A stretch of 63,528 bases of DNA, filler included. It is 16 parts of 16 records of this genome, joined end to end, with 100 filler letters (N's around TTAATTAATTAA, not from the genome) between each part and the next. Parts side by side here need not be neighbours in the genome. Positions count along the whole stretch, not along the records: positions 1 to 5,488 come from SRR9670534_601; positions 5,589 to 9,228 come from SRR9670534_604; positions 9,329 to 12,777 come from SRR9670534_605; positions 12,878 to 16,074 come from SRR9670534_612; 12 more parts are not named here. The stretch is one strand, 5' to 3'. The notes under the pieces were generated by a model that worked only from the letters and a program-made list of their open reading frames with translations, searched no databases and was not told the DNA's origin. This document shows positions 1 to 13,208 of the stretch, one piece after another; positions within the stretch are counted from its first letter, which is position 1; the number at the start of each line of letters is the position of its first letter. A program made the position numbers and the translations under genes.

Positions 1-536
1 ATGGAGGGCTGTGTATGGCTAGTAATAATAGAATTTTGTTTTTCAGAATAATAAGATGTAGTAATATAACATAATCGATATGGTACACTATATTATATGA
101 CATAGTATTATAAAATAAAAATACAGTATTATTCATAACATATTTCCAATATACCATACATTAAATATCTATAATAATATTTAATTAATGAGATGAAAAA
201 CGAGATTGAAGTTGCCGATCAAAAACGAGACAGAAAGCAAGTAAGAGCAATTATTTCTGTGTTGTGTATCCCTTGATGACGTCATCGTTCTAGTGTTGTA
301 GAAAGAAATTAAAACCCGATTAGCTAGGCACAGCCATAACTAGCGTACTATAGTATAACAATAATAATAGGGATAAGTTCAATTGGTGCCAAGTACAGCA
401 ATTGCATTTGCTTTGGTAGTTTGCTTCATTGCTTGACAGACAGGCAGCCACCAAGTCAAAACTGGTAAGTTCTGACGACATCAAATACCAAACATCTGTG
501 CTCAAAGAAGTAACACTAATACTAACATAAACTCAC

Positions 537-2925
537 CCAAGTGTTGTCATGGTCACAATGGTGTACCAAAAAGCTGCTGGGATGCTGTAGAACTTGCTGT
601 TGGTGACATTCTTTTCAGCATAGAAGATGATGGTAGCAAATATTACAATTGCCATGCCCATGGAAAAGAGCAGAAATCCCAATTCAGAGGCGCAGCTTTT
701 GAGGGTGTATCCCAAAACCCTTAAGCCCTGACTATGTCGTGAAAACTTGAAGATACGAAAGACTCTGAAAACCCGAAGGGTTACAAAAGCACCACTAACA
801 TCGTCATTATTCTTAATGAAGAGACCAATGTAATACGGTAATATTGCCACTACGTCAATAATGCTCATCACTGATCTGGCAAATTTGCATCTAAAAAATG
901 GTTCATATACTACTATTATTAAATCATATAACATAAATGCATCCTATATAATTCTATTGTGGTGCAGGGCAAATCATTACTGCCAGCGTTCTTTGCATCT
1001 TTTTCAAAATGGAGACTACATAGGGCATATCATGATCACCAGCGTTCCTTGTGTAATTTGTAGGGAAAAAAGTGCTAGTAATTGGGCCGTGTACAATTAA
1101 AAGCATTTCGTCTGCTATTAAAAGAACAATCTCTTATTATAAGTACACATATGTAATTCTAAATTGAACAGTTTATGTTATACTTAATAATAGGGGTAAA
1201 CCGTCTGTGTTTACAATTCCAACAAATGAATGACATTTTTTACCGGCGGAAATGTTTTGGAAATTTTTCCATGGAAAAGTCATTAAATAGTTCCAAAACA
1301 TTTTCTCCGAAAAAATACTAACATTTACTGTTGTTATTTAAGCGACAGTTTGCGGGATATTTTTAATTTTTCTTAGATATTTACGAACTTGCATATGACA
1401 GCAATGTGCCCTGGGAGAAAAGTTTACGTATGATTATCAACAGTATCTTCCAATTATAATAATAAATCCCCGGTTTCCTTTCAATTATACGTGATAACGA
1501 GGAAAATCATCCTAATTAACCATATATAATTGCTATGTAGTAAGGTAAAAATAATGAAGACTTCTGGGCAAAACAGGATTTTACATTGAATTTAAACAAT
1601 CTTATAATTATGGTATAACATACGTAACTATACTTCCTTAATTTAATTTATAACAATATTATCAAAATTTTGCAAAATCTTTAGGCTACCTTTCAATAAT
1701 AACAAAACCAACACTTATGTTTCCTATAGTGAAAAAAGATTGCGGTGAATAAAGAAAGATTTCATGTAACTAATACCATTATTATTAATATCGATCTCTA
1801 CTACTAACATAGATCAATCAATATCATATTATGGCTTTCTTGCATAATCGCCATTTCTATAATAAATTTATATGCAAGTATGCACAACCAAAAGCGTCCA
1901 GTCTAAACGTACATGTACACGGTATAATATTACATAATACGTAAACGCGTAATATAGGTTACCTTTCAGGAGATGAGTACAGCCGTAAACAATATTCCAG
2001 TGTAAAGATTATAACGCAGCCTGTATCGGCACAGAAGAAAGCCGATCGAAATCGTTCTCCCATAGGCCATAAATTGCCATAATTATCATAGCCAACTGGA
2101 ATAGTCTCAACAACGTTAGCCAGGACAGAGATACCAATGAAAAACCCGGTTACATAGTAAAAAACTAAAGCACCTGTGGATGTTTGTGGATTTTCGAAAG
2201 CTCTCCACATTTTTTGCCGAAAGGTATAGGAAGAAATTTTCTCTTTGTCTTCCTCTTCTTCTGGTTTATCGTCCATAACACGTTCATTGTTTTCACGCTT
2301 TCGATCACGATAATCTTCATAACAGCAATCGCCGATGACTTCTGGAATTATACCATAAAAGGACAATTCTTCCTCAAATGCCATGATGCATTCATGTTTC
2401 GGATAGTGGAGTTTACCAGTTCTGAAAAAAGTTGTTCCGTAGGTATTTTCATCATACACACCAACAAAACCAAACTTACCTGTAATAATTGAGTATATGC
2501 CTGAACAAGTCTGGATCTCGATCAAAGAAATATTCTTTGGAACACTCCATGTAAAAGAAGTCCTTCTCTCGAGAGCCAAGTAAAGTTTCGGGATATTTAT
2601 CTAAGGTATTTCGCCAAGTTTCGAATTTTCTACCAGAAACGTTAATGATAACTCTTTCATCCTGGATTCTGTTTCTTGATACATGTGGAGGTGGAGGTGG
2701 TGGTGTCGTTGGTCCCAGTATAGCAGGAAAACTACTGGGAGGACTTCGTTGATAAAGATGATTTTCTTGAATAAGTTGGTTATCTGAAGTAAAGTCATTA
2801 TTATTAGTAGTAGTAGCGGAAGCAGGTTTTTCCACTGGTGATTTGGGTAACTTTCTATTTGACACTGGGATCCAACCAACAGCAGATGCACGTGCAAATG
2901 GTAACCATGCGGCAACACTAGCCAT
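537..2925 (-). CDS. Shal: Voltage-gated K+ channel Kv4/Shal, 3'-partial. Exons 2925-2480, 2421-1963, 890-537
   Basis: N-terminus [19 protein letters not shown]1 domain ([34 protein letters not shown]), S4 [20 protein letters not shown], pore [18 protein letters not shown] junctions keep the frame. The next exon (YGD) was not found in 1-536. Confidence 0.97.
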
Positions 2926-5488
2926 TTTATACTATTTTTCTTCTTTATGTTATTTCAACAAAATTTATGATCATGTTTAACTTTCCGAGAATTTTCCGAG
3001 ATTAAAGGTCATATCAAAAAGGCCTGTGACCATAAAGCATGAGAACAATTCATATCTATATGTTATAACATAGGCTTGCTGTAAAAGTTTCGTTTCATCA
3101 GTTTACAGTACAGCAAATATGACGTAGTACGTCGTACACTACGCTACGTAATCTACGCAGACGCTCTCAAATAATAATGTACGTAAATTACTAAAAATAA
3201 ACACAGTCAGCATAAAGCCTGTGACATTGACGTCAACTGTACTACAATCAGTGTAGGTACGTTTGCTCCAATAACGAAACAGCGACAGCATACACAATTA
3301 GTAAGTACAGTACAGTCCATAACATTACGAAAAGTTGCAATGAAATACGCATGAACAGTTGTAGCCTACAAGAATGACGCAAAAGTACCAGAACACGTAC
3401 TCAGCATTATTACCAATAATAATATAACAATACATACAACTCAACGATCTATTCGGATTATTCATTTCTACAAGCAATTAGTGAATATACAAAGAATGGT
3501 TGCATGTATTATTAGGTACCTATCAATTAACTTTCCCTACATACAATAGCGGATTCGTAGTAATTGTAATACATACTTATAATAATAATTCTCATTCAAT
3601 AGGGTAGTACGTAGCAGTAGTAGCCATGCCATGCCATGATTAGTACAAGTAGAGCCAATCAATTTTAAACTGCTATTATTATAGTATACATTACCATATG
3701 TATTATACTGTATAATTTATACACATAGATAGATATAGTATTATCATTGCCATTAATTAACATTATCTATTAAAACACATATTATTATTTGAAATCACAA
3801 CAGTTTCAAAGCAACCTAAAGTTTTACTACACTACTCATTGCTATCATTATTATTATTATTAAATAATAATATGATTATAGAAAATCTATAATAATAGAA
3901 AGTCATGAAGGGACAGAAAAAGAAAGATGATCAGCCATTATAAAATACATAATAAATTTTGTTTGTAATAAAATCAATAAATGACTACTAAGTACTTCAC
4001 TCCTCTCGTTCTCTCTCTCTCTTTCTCTGTCCCTTTTTCAATGTTTTCAATCTCTTCACACAAAGTAATGAATGGGTTACTTCAGACAGCCATAAGAGCA
4101 ATTCCTGGTTTTGGCAAGAGCAAAGCAAAAAGCATCATCATCAATAATGTTATAAGGGCAATGATCTGTCATAGTTTGAAGAAAACAAGTAAGTAGGCAC
4201 AAACGACAGACCAAACAGCTATCCATCTATGCATTCAGCCCATCATTATTATCATAGACCTACTAATGTAATTGAATAAGTAGCAAGCAAGCATCACTTC
4301 TGCCTAGCTTGTAACGTCCATACATGCAATGCCAAATCGATAGTCAGCTGAACATAACTAATATGCTGATTATGATGGTGTGGTGATGATGATGATCACA
4401 CTGATAATAATAATATTGTATATAGATGATGACGCTCAAAACAAAGTATGGACGTACATTGTTATTATTAATAATATCAATATGTTATGGTCACACAATC
4501 TACAGAAACGACATAACGCAAGTTGAGTGTACTGCAGTACTGTAGAATGGGATTCGCAATGCAAATTTCCCATCATACAATGATTGGAGTTGATGCATGT
4601 AGCTTATTATTGTTACACGATCTACATTATAACCTAAACTATGTAGGTAGGTACATATTATGTACGTAGGTACTACATAATATTACAATATACAAAAACG
4701 GTTCCTGCATCGACAGCGGTGAAGCCACCCCAACAAGAGCAGAACTACAATGCATTAAATATGTACAGTATCATACCGTCGGTATGTATATACATAATGT
4801 ACCTGTTTAGTACCTTTTATACTGTACGTACTGTACGGTAATGGAAATAATTCTGTTTATGTTGCATTGGCTTTACACTGCTTGATACAAGGTACCATTG
4901 GCTTTACATTGGCTTTACACTGCTTGATACAAGGACTGTACGTTTTGTACATGATATCATACACAGGTTCTGTACTTATTATTTACATTGTACACATATT
5001 GTGTACACAGCTAACGTCGTCTACAGTAGATCACGTAACAATAATACCTAATGTATGCAGTATCTACATAAGCAATAATCATTGAAAACTACAATAACAA
5101 TGCATAGTAATAATTATCATCATCATACAATAAAACTATAATACATACCTAGGTAATCACAGTTTTACAGTAAAACCTTTACTCTTTGATAATCAATGTT
5201 GGATAAAATGAAACCCATATTCTAATTTTTAATTTTTATGACTTATAAATATTAAAAAGTTATTTATATTATGTATATGTTACGCAGCATAACTTATGCC
5301 CCATTATGCCAATATGGGGTGTAACATATACATATGGTAACTTTAAAATATTTGTAAAATGTTAACATTATAATTATGTATAATAACTGCTAGTAAATAA
5401 TGTTACCTTAATATTTGGAATATACAATAACATGTAATTTTAAGTAAAATTTGAAGAAAATGTTGTAACACTAAGTTGCTAGGGGTGT

Positions 5489-5588
5489 NNNNNNNNNNNN
5501 NNNNNNNNNNNNNNNNNNNNNNNNNNNNNNNNTTAATTAATTAANNNNNNNNNNNNNNNNNNNNNNNNNNNNNNNNNNNNNNNNNNNN
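5489..5588. other. Artificial contig linker N44-TTAATTAATTAA-N44, first of 15. Others start at 9229, 12778, 16075, 21226, 24169, 27341, 31045, 34885, 42368, 45194, 48527, 51725, 58830, 61027
   Basis: Identical 100-nt blocks with stops in all six frames; genes are truncated at them. Confidence 0.99.
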
Positions 5589-5831
5589 ATTATATATATA
5601 TATATATATAATATATACCATAGTATACCATAGTATTTACTTATTATATATAGTATTTACTTATTATATATATTATATATATTATTCAAAATTGAAATAA
5701 ATATTGTTATATAATTAAAATAACAATAATATTTTATTAAATAATATAAAATACAAATCATTATAATGATTATTATTGATAATAGCAATTATACAATTAT
5801 TATTGACTTTAATTTGATATTCATATCTTAG

Positions 5832-6677
5832 GAAATAACGAATGTAATCAGTTGGGGCATTCCATGCCTATAAACAAAGATGAAATGGTTTGGACACCCA
5901 TGAAAATAGAAGGATATGACAGACATCATTTTGTTCAAGTTGCATTAGGGTCGGGTTTCAGTCTAGCCCTTTGTAGGGATGGGTTTGTTTGGTCATGGGG
6001 TTTAATAAATTCGGATGGGGAATTAGGTCGAACTGGAAGCACAGAAGTCCCAGTCAGAATTTTGGAATTTGATGATGAAGAAAAGGCAGTTTCCATTTCA
6101 CAAATCGCATGTGGGAATAATATGTGTTTAGCAGTGACAGAAGAAGGCAATGTGTTTTCCTGGTATTTAAATTTTGAAATTTTTTAAATTTGTTTCAATT
6201 CTTAAAAATTTTTCGATGTTAAAAAATGATTTTTTCTGTATCATCCTCCTCATTCATCAAGTTAGTATGTAATTTTTAGGGGCTCAAACCAGTATCTGCA
6301 ATTAGGTCATGGTAAAAAGGAAGATGTCGCTAAACCAAAGAAAGTTGTTGAACTTGCAGACAAATTTATATCCTCAGTATCGATTGGCGAAAATCATTGT
6401 ATTGCGTGTACTAATAAGGGCGAAGTTTATACATGGGGTGAGAACGATTATGGTCGTCTTGGTAATGGCACTGAAGATGAGCACTGCTCATTACCAACAA
6501 AAGTGCTAACAATGACAGGAGGTTATAAAGTCCTTGTGTAAATGAGTTAATTACTAATTTTCTTGATATTATTTAGAAAGCAACTATGAATTCCACGTAT
6601 CTGCTGGATTGTTTCATTCAATCGCTTGGGCTAAACCTAACACAGAAAAACAGTTTCTATCTGAACCATTGTTATAA
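5832..6677 (+). CDS. RCC1-repeat protein, C-terminal part. Exons 5832-6162, 6280-6521, 6577-6677
   Basis: Repeated blades VALGSGFSLALCRDGFVWSWG, IACGNNMCLAVTEEGNVFSWGSNQYLQLG, VSIGENHCIACTNKGEVYTWGENDYGRLG, VSAGLFHSIAW; canonical splice sites. Confidence 0.92.
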
Positions 6678-7458
6678 TATTATTATGATTGTATATGCTT
6701 AGATAAAGGCTTTAATTTAACACTAACTTTTATTATTGTTATCTTTATTAGATATCATTTGCAATTTAAGCTTATTAAGGTTTATAAACTTCCTGCAATT
6801 TATAGAGTTTTCAAAAAAATTAATTTTCAGCTTTTTTTGTTTTTTCGCTCTTAAGTTATTATTAATAATGACTGCAGTAAACAGGAACTTCCTGCACTAA
6901 ACAGGAAGTTGGAAACTATAGTTCGCGCCAAAACATCAAAAGTACATTAGCGACATCTTTTTTGCCTTTATACCAGGAAATATGCTGGTGCAGTAAATAA
7001 TATCTACTATATCTACTATCTAGATATAAAAATGGTACTTATCTGTGACTGATTATTAAAATTTTAATAAGGTCATCAATGATGACTCATCATTCAAAGA
7101 AAGACACACAAGTTTTAAACTTTGAAGACTTTGACCGAGTTGCATGTTATAGCAATAGCAGTATTTTTTCAAGCATAGGACAGAATGTTTGACTAAGACC
7201 TACTACCGTAGTAGTGCTACGTAATGACTTATTACGGCCGCCGTAATAAGTTGCGGCAACTCACAATGATTGAATGACTCAAGAACAGGCTAGAAAGTAG
7301 CAACAACAGTCTGCTGTCAACAGAAGCTATTTATTAATAATTTGTTTTTATTATTAATGATAATACTATAATAATAATTTGTTGTATCTAGTAGATACTA
7401 TCTACTAATCATACTTTTGTCATTGTACTACAATGATTGTAGTAACATTTTTACAAGT

Positions 7459-9228
7459 ATGTCTCTGAACAGTTATGAAGAACCTGGAGCTTCAAAAAGC
7501 TCCTTTGATAAATATCTGTCAGATCTAGAGTGTTTGAGGAACAATTTGGATTCAACTGAATCAATTGAAACTCTTTGTGATGAATGGAAATTCCGCAACA
7601 AGGAAGATGAGATGCACCATATAATGTGCGGTTTTTTCCAATGCAGAATAGATAAGAAGGATTCAAAGATGCTTCATGTTGATCTATCAAAGGAAGTGGT
7701 TTCAGGATATACATTCTATGATTTCTTTAGTGAATCTGTATATTTTAAAATTATATTACTGATATATTTGTAGTATATTCAAGTTAAGAAAAATATTTCA
7801 ATTAATAAATTATATATAATACACTATACACTATATATACTGTAATACAGTATAATATATTATACTATATTATAATACATTATATTATACTATATTATAA
7901 TACATTATACTATATTATACTATACTATACACAAAATTACATATAATATATAGTATACCATATAATATACTGTATTATACTATTTTAAAAATATATATAA
8001 TATATGATATCATACTATATATAGTATACTATAAATGATTTATAATAAATCATAATGTGATATAAAAGTGAGATGATATTAATAACATCTCAGTTTTAAA
8101 AAGAGTTATTAATAACAAAACTTTAAATATAATTCTGAATACAAATTTCTTTAGGTCCATGAAAGGCTACCCAGTTTTGCCATTCAAATTATCCTGTTTT
8201 TGAAGCCAAAATTTAAAAAGAATCATGGCATGACCTACAGGATATCAAATTTGAGTCATTGCTATGTTTTTGCCAAAGTAGGATTTCAAATTGTGACAAG
8301 TAAATCACAAGTTGTGACAAGTAAATCATTGCAAGAAAATTTGGAGGATACAGCGGCAGCAATTGAGTTTGATGCAAATTTTGCAAGATGTCTAGATGAA
8401 AGTAAGATATCCAAGCCTAAGTCAAATACTATTGAACTTCCATTTAATCTTGCTAATCCTCAAGATGTTCATTCAGTATCCTTGAAGATAAAAGAAGAAA
8501 ATGGGTGTGTTAGGATGAAGTTTTACCATAGACCTGCTAAGGAAATGTATACAAATACTGCAAGATTAGCCATGAAGAATGATGGTGCTGCTGATTATCC
8601 TTTGAAAAGAGACATTGGAATGAATCCTCTTGAAAAATTAAAATGTTCAAAGGTTTGCATTTAATAATAAGAAATCAAATCAGTAGCAAATTCTAAAATA
8701 AAATTAAAAAGTTAAACATTATTTGAAAATTTCAAATTGTAATTGTTGGAGAGTTTTATTTTAAAACAAATTTCAAATCTTAAAATTTTATAATAAATTT
8801 AAAACAGATTTAAAAATTTAAAACAATAGAGTTCAATTAAAAATGTCTTTATAATACTGGGTTTTAGAAAATTAAAGTTCATGTTTACTGTCATCTCTGT
8901 ACACCAATGATTGATGAGAAAATACTACAACACTTCTTAAATACTTTCATTGGCCTTCATCATGATGGTTCTGCAACCTTTGATCATGTTGAGCATTGGA
9001 AGTTGTTCATCAAATTAAAATGTGATACTTTTAGTATGATTAAATTTCTTTTTCATTGGTTCAACCAATGCTGCTCAAGATATGATATGTATTTGCACTC
9101 AGGAAATAGTGTGTTTTATACAAGTTCTTTTACTAACTTGGTTAATCCGTCCTCAAGACAAACCCTGCAAGAAGAACTAGAAGATCATCATGATGAAGAT
9201 GAGCCATTAGGGTGTCTCAAAAAAATTT
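7459..9228 (+). CDS. Uncharacterised spliced protein, 3'-partial. Exons about 7459-7696, 8155-8652, 8868-9228
   Basis: Three open, G+C-richer blocks joined in phase 0 by GT-AG introns; the first donor (GAA|gtggtt) is weak. No family recognised. Confidence 0.7.
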
Positions 9229-9466
9229 NNNNNNNNNNNNNNNNNNNNNNNNNNNNNNNNNNNNNNNNNNNNTTAATTAATTAANNNNNNNNNNNNNNNN
9301 NNNNNNNNNNNNNNNNNNNNNNNNNNNNTGTTATTATTATTATTATTAATTAATAATATTAATAATCTATAATATAGTAAGATCAATAGTAAAAAGCAAA
9401 AATAAAACACATACATATTAGCATTACAATCAAGCTTATTATTAATAATCATTCTTGAAAGGTTCT

Positions 9467-11334
9467 TCAGTACTTCTCATTTCGGTCAGTGCAACAAATA
9501 TATCCCGCCAAAATCATCACAAAGAGCTAAACAACAATTTGTTCCATTAAATGTTCTAATAACGTCCTAATAAAAATTCTAATAATGTGTAGTTACTAGC
9601 TACTAACATAAATGCAAATGCTAACGACGCTATTATTAATTGCGTCACGCTATTGGTTGGCTGCATATCAAAATTAATTATAATACTTGGCGACATCTAC
9701 TTATTAAACCAAGAAATAATGTCATGAACAAAAATCATGTTCCACTCACTGTACAAATATCCTAGAAGGATATGAATTCCACGAATGAGACGCACATTTG
9801 CATTCAATAGGTAGTACTGTATTATACATTGTAATAGAATACAAAGTAATAGCAAAGTTTATACTTCAAATACGACTACTCCTGCAGCAATTCCACCAAT
9901 TATGGGAGCGTTGTCTTCTACCATCTTTATAATTTTGTTAACACAACCCTAAAGGAATGGTGAATTATATATGAACCATGTAAATTTAAATGATTATAAT
10001 TATAATGCTATTACTAATTTATATATATATATACACCCCGAAAAATAATATATATACCCCGAAAAATAGAATAATTGTTCTATTTGCTTAATTAAGCAAT
10101 ACCGTTTTGAACCCTTCCTTTACGTCGGAGCATGCGTCATCTGTACCTTTTGCGATTTCTTTACCACAGCAAGAGTTAGGATATTTACTTGTCATTGTTC
10201 GGGCCCATTTACTAGCTCCCAAATAATCATCTGGACCTTTCACACCGCAGCATTTAGCTTGGATCTCGAGCGCACTCCAAGATTCATATAGAGCGCGCAT
10301 TTGTTTAAATTCTTCTTTTGTTTGACCTGCTCCTGGATTGTAATATGTGTCATTCATTGCCTTTCCAATGATACCACCCAATTCATCTTTAATTTTGTTC
10401 TTGTACACAAAGGCCAATACAACAATGGCTATTTGGATAATTAAGATTAATCCAACCATCGTTATGTACTGAAACATGGAGATTTAGTTATTATGCCAAA
10501 CTTTATTAATATTATTATAATAATAGCTATCATAACTAATATTATAAAATAACATGGTATATTAACAGATGTCCTACTAATAATAAGTCCAGAAGGCGTC
10601 ATATGTCAGTCAAATGACTTCAATGAGAAAATATTATCATTGCCAATCATTGGATGATTCATTGCATTGATGTGGTATGACATATGCATAAATTTGGACA
10701 TACAATGTAGGCATCCAATAGGCCAATCAACTTATTATCAAAATAAGTTACTTAGTAGTACACCCTAGTACAACTTACAATTAGTACAACTTAGTACAAT
10801 CAGTAGTGACTAAATTATACAATTATACTACAGTAAGTGATTTATAAGTACAGTGCATACACAAGAGTCTTGTGACAAGACAATTGACTTATACTTTGCT
10901 ATTACTTATTTTACTAGAATACATTCCAGGAATTCATAATTTACAATTAATATAAGTGTGACAAACCAAAGAAAGACAGCTTCTGCTCTCAGTAATAGCT
11001 CCACAACATCCAAACACTGCTGCAATAAAGATGAAAACGCCTACAGCTATGGCAGCATAACTGGCATATTCTAAGGTATTAGCAGGAATTTTTACCCTCA
11101 ATTTTGACAGTTCATCAAGGGCATCTTGAACAAATGACAACACATTACTGTCGGTTTTGTAGAAGACTAAGATGACTATACCACCAACTAATACGGCCAG
11201 TCCAGTCAACTATGTGAAACTCAGGGTAATTATGTGATCACTTGTAATAATTTTAATAATTTCAAAATACTTACAATAAAAATGGTATTAAGAACAATTA
11301 AAATGCATTTGGATAATCCTTCACAGCAACCCAT
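9467..11334 (-). CDS. Tetraspanin, complete. Exons 11334-11275, 11209-10967, 10468-10103, 9948-9865, 9526-9467
   Basis: MGCCEGLSKCILIVLNTIFI start, FGCCGAITESRSCL, large loop with CCG, PNSCC and GC, four hydrophobic helices, stop after ..RNEKY. Confidence 0.96.
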
Positions 11335-12392
11335 GTTTTTCGAAATATTCTTTGAATGTCGCAGATGTTATAATAATAGTAGCACTAAAAGGTAGTATGC
11401 GATATAAATCAGTTGACTCTAAAATCTGTCACCCTAACAACTATGAATTATTATTATTATTAATAATAAGACGTTACTTGAATAAAAAGAGGCTCAGGTA
11501 TGCTGATAGCAAATGGCATGTTAATTTATTATATACCAATTCAGACTTATCACATAAGTTGAGATATTACCATATCTGAAATGCATGTAAATGACTCACA
11601 TGACAACAAAGTAAATATCATACCTAATGCGAGGTGGACAGGTAAATGCAACATATTGCTGCTGTTCATTTAGATTGGGAGGTAACCTACAGAGTGGTAC
11701 CATATTAGAGGGAAACGCCTTATTACTGTGTTATCTCACATACATATATCATTCATTACTCATTATTATTGGATAAGTCATTGGATCTAAAGTCATAGAT
11801 AGGACCATTTACGTATTTTCTAATCATAGGTATGACGCCAACTGTATGATGAATTGACAGTAATTATAATTAATATATTAATTGAACAAAGAGAGCAACA
11901 AGGGTATGAATCAGCTTTGTTATATTATAGCTACAGTTTTATTATGGTGAAATTATAATTTATATAGCAATTAATAAGTAATTAATAATTAATAATAATG
12001 TTTCCGAAACATTAGCTCCATAATCAGTGTTAAGGCTTTAGCAAAATATGTCGTTATTCTAATGCAAAATGATTACAATTTAATTAATATCATTATTAAT
12101 AAATTGTAAAATTGAATTAATAAACTTCAGTTCCATATTTAATAATTCAATTGTCAATGTAACAGGTAGTTATTCTATTTAATAGTTTTAATTTATTTTT
12201 TATTTCCTTAATTATTAACTAGGTGCATCCACTGATTGAGATTGATTGTAATTAATAAGGCACTGCAGTGCCATTTGACTTGGTCATTTTAATTTTATCA
12301 TCATGTTACAATTCAATTAACTTCAATTTGATTATTATTCATAATGATTTTTTTAAAAACTAAAGCAACATTCTTATTAATAAATTGATCCG

Positions 12393-12430
12393 CATGCCCA
12401 CTGGGCATTGCCCACTGGGCATTGCCCAGT
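12393..12430. repeat. Short tandem and self-complementary repeat (TGCCCACTGGGCAT), about 2.5 copies
   Basis: catgcccactgggcattgcccactgggcattgcccagt read directly. Confidence 0.8.
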
Positions 12431-13208
12431 TGATCTCACAAACTATAAAATAGAACTTTATTGCACCTATTGTTCTATTTATTTTATTTCTAATGTTATT
12501 TATAGAAATTCTAACATTATTAACAGAAGATGTCGTCATTGTATATTATATGATTTGGCGGTAATTAGCATCACCCATCTTTGGAAGGTTATAACATAAG
12601 GACAAAAGAACCTGAGAAGCTGAAAATTGACAGAAAAATCCTTGAAGGGTGAGGGAAAAGTTTTACATACTTGGCTAGATGGCGCCGTTTTTGGTTATTT
12701 TCAACATGATAGATACCATTATTTACATTATTCTTCAATCGATTGTGATCACTAGGGCGGTTCAAAAAATCCAAAAANNNNNNNNNNNNNNNNNNNNNNN
12801 NNNNNNNNNNNNNNNNNNNNNTTAATTAATTAANNNNNNNNNNNNNNNNNNNNNNNNNNNNNNNNNNNNNNNNNNNNATGGTACTGTAAACATTGAAGTA
12901 AAAATTCGAATTTTTTCACAAAAAGTACATATGTGTTTCTGTATATAGCTTGGGAACTAAAAGGGCTACAGCAATGATTTGTAGCTCATTTTGATGATCA
13001 TTGAATTCTCTTTTTTAGAAGCCTAGCAATAGCATGTTATGCAAAACCGTTGTCGAAATATAGTACTGTAAAAATTAGTATAAATTTGGGTGACTCTATA
13101 ACAAATACTGCCATCTTTTTGAAAATAAATCCCTCCAAAATTGTGGACTGTGTTAAAATATAGACATAAGTGTTTACAGAATAATAAATATATATATTTT
13201 AGATTGAA

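Noticed and set aside
4865-4934. 28-bp direct repeat CATTGGCTTTACACTGCTTGATACAAGG
   Set aside because: Only two copies; a local duplication, not an array.
7697-7712. Non-canonical GA donor (TCAG|gatata), and non-canonical introns in general
   Set aside because: A GT donor in the required phase exists; every junction I resolved is GT-AG, and conserved genes give no sign of an altered genetic code.
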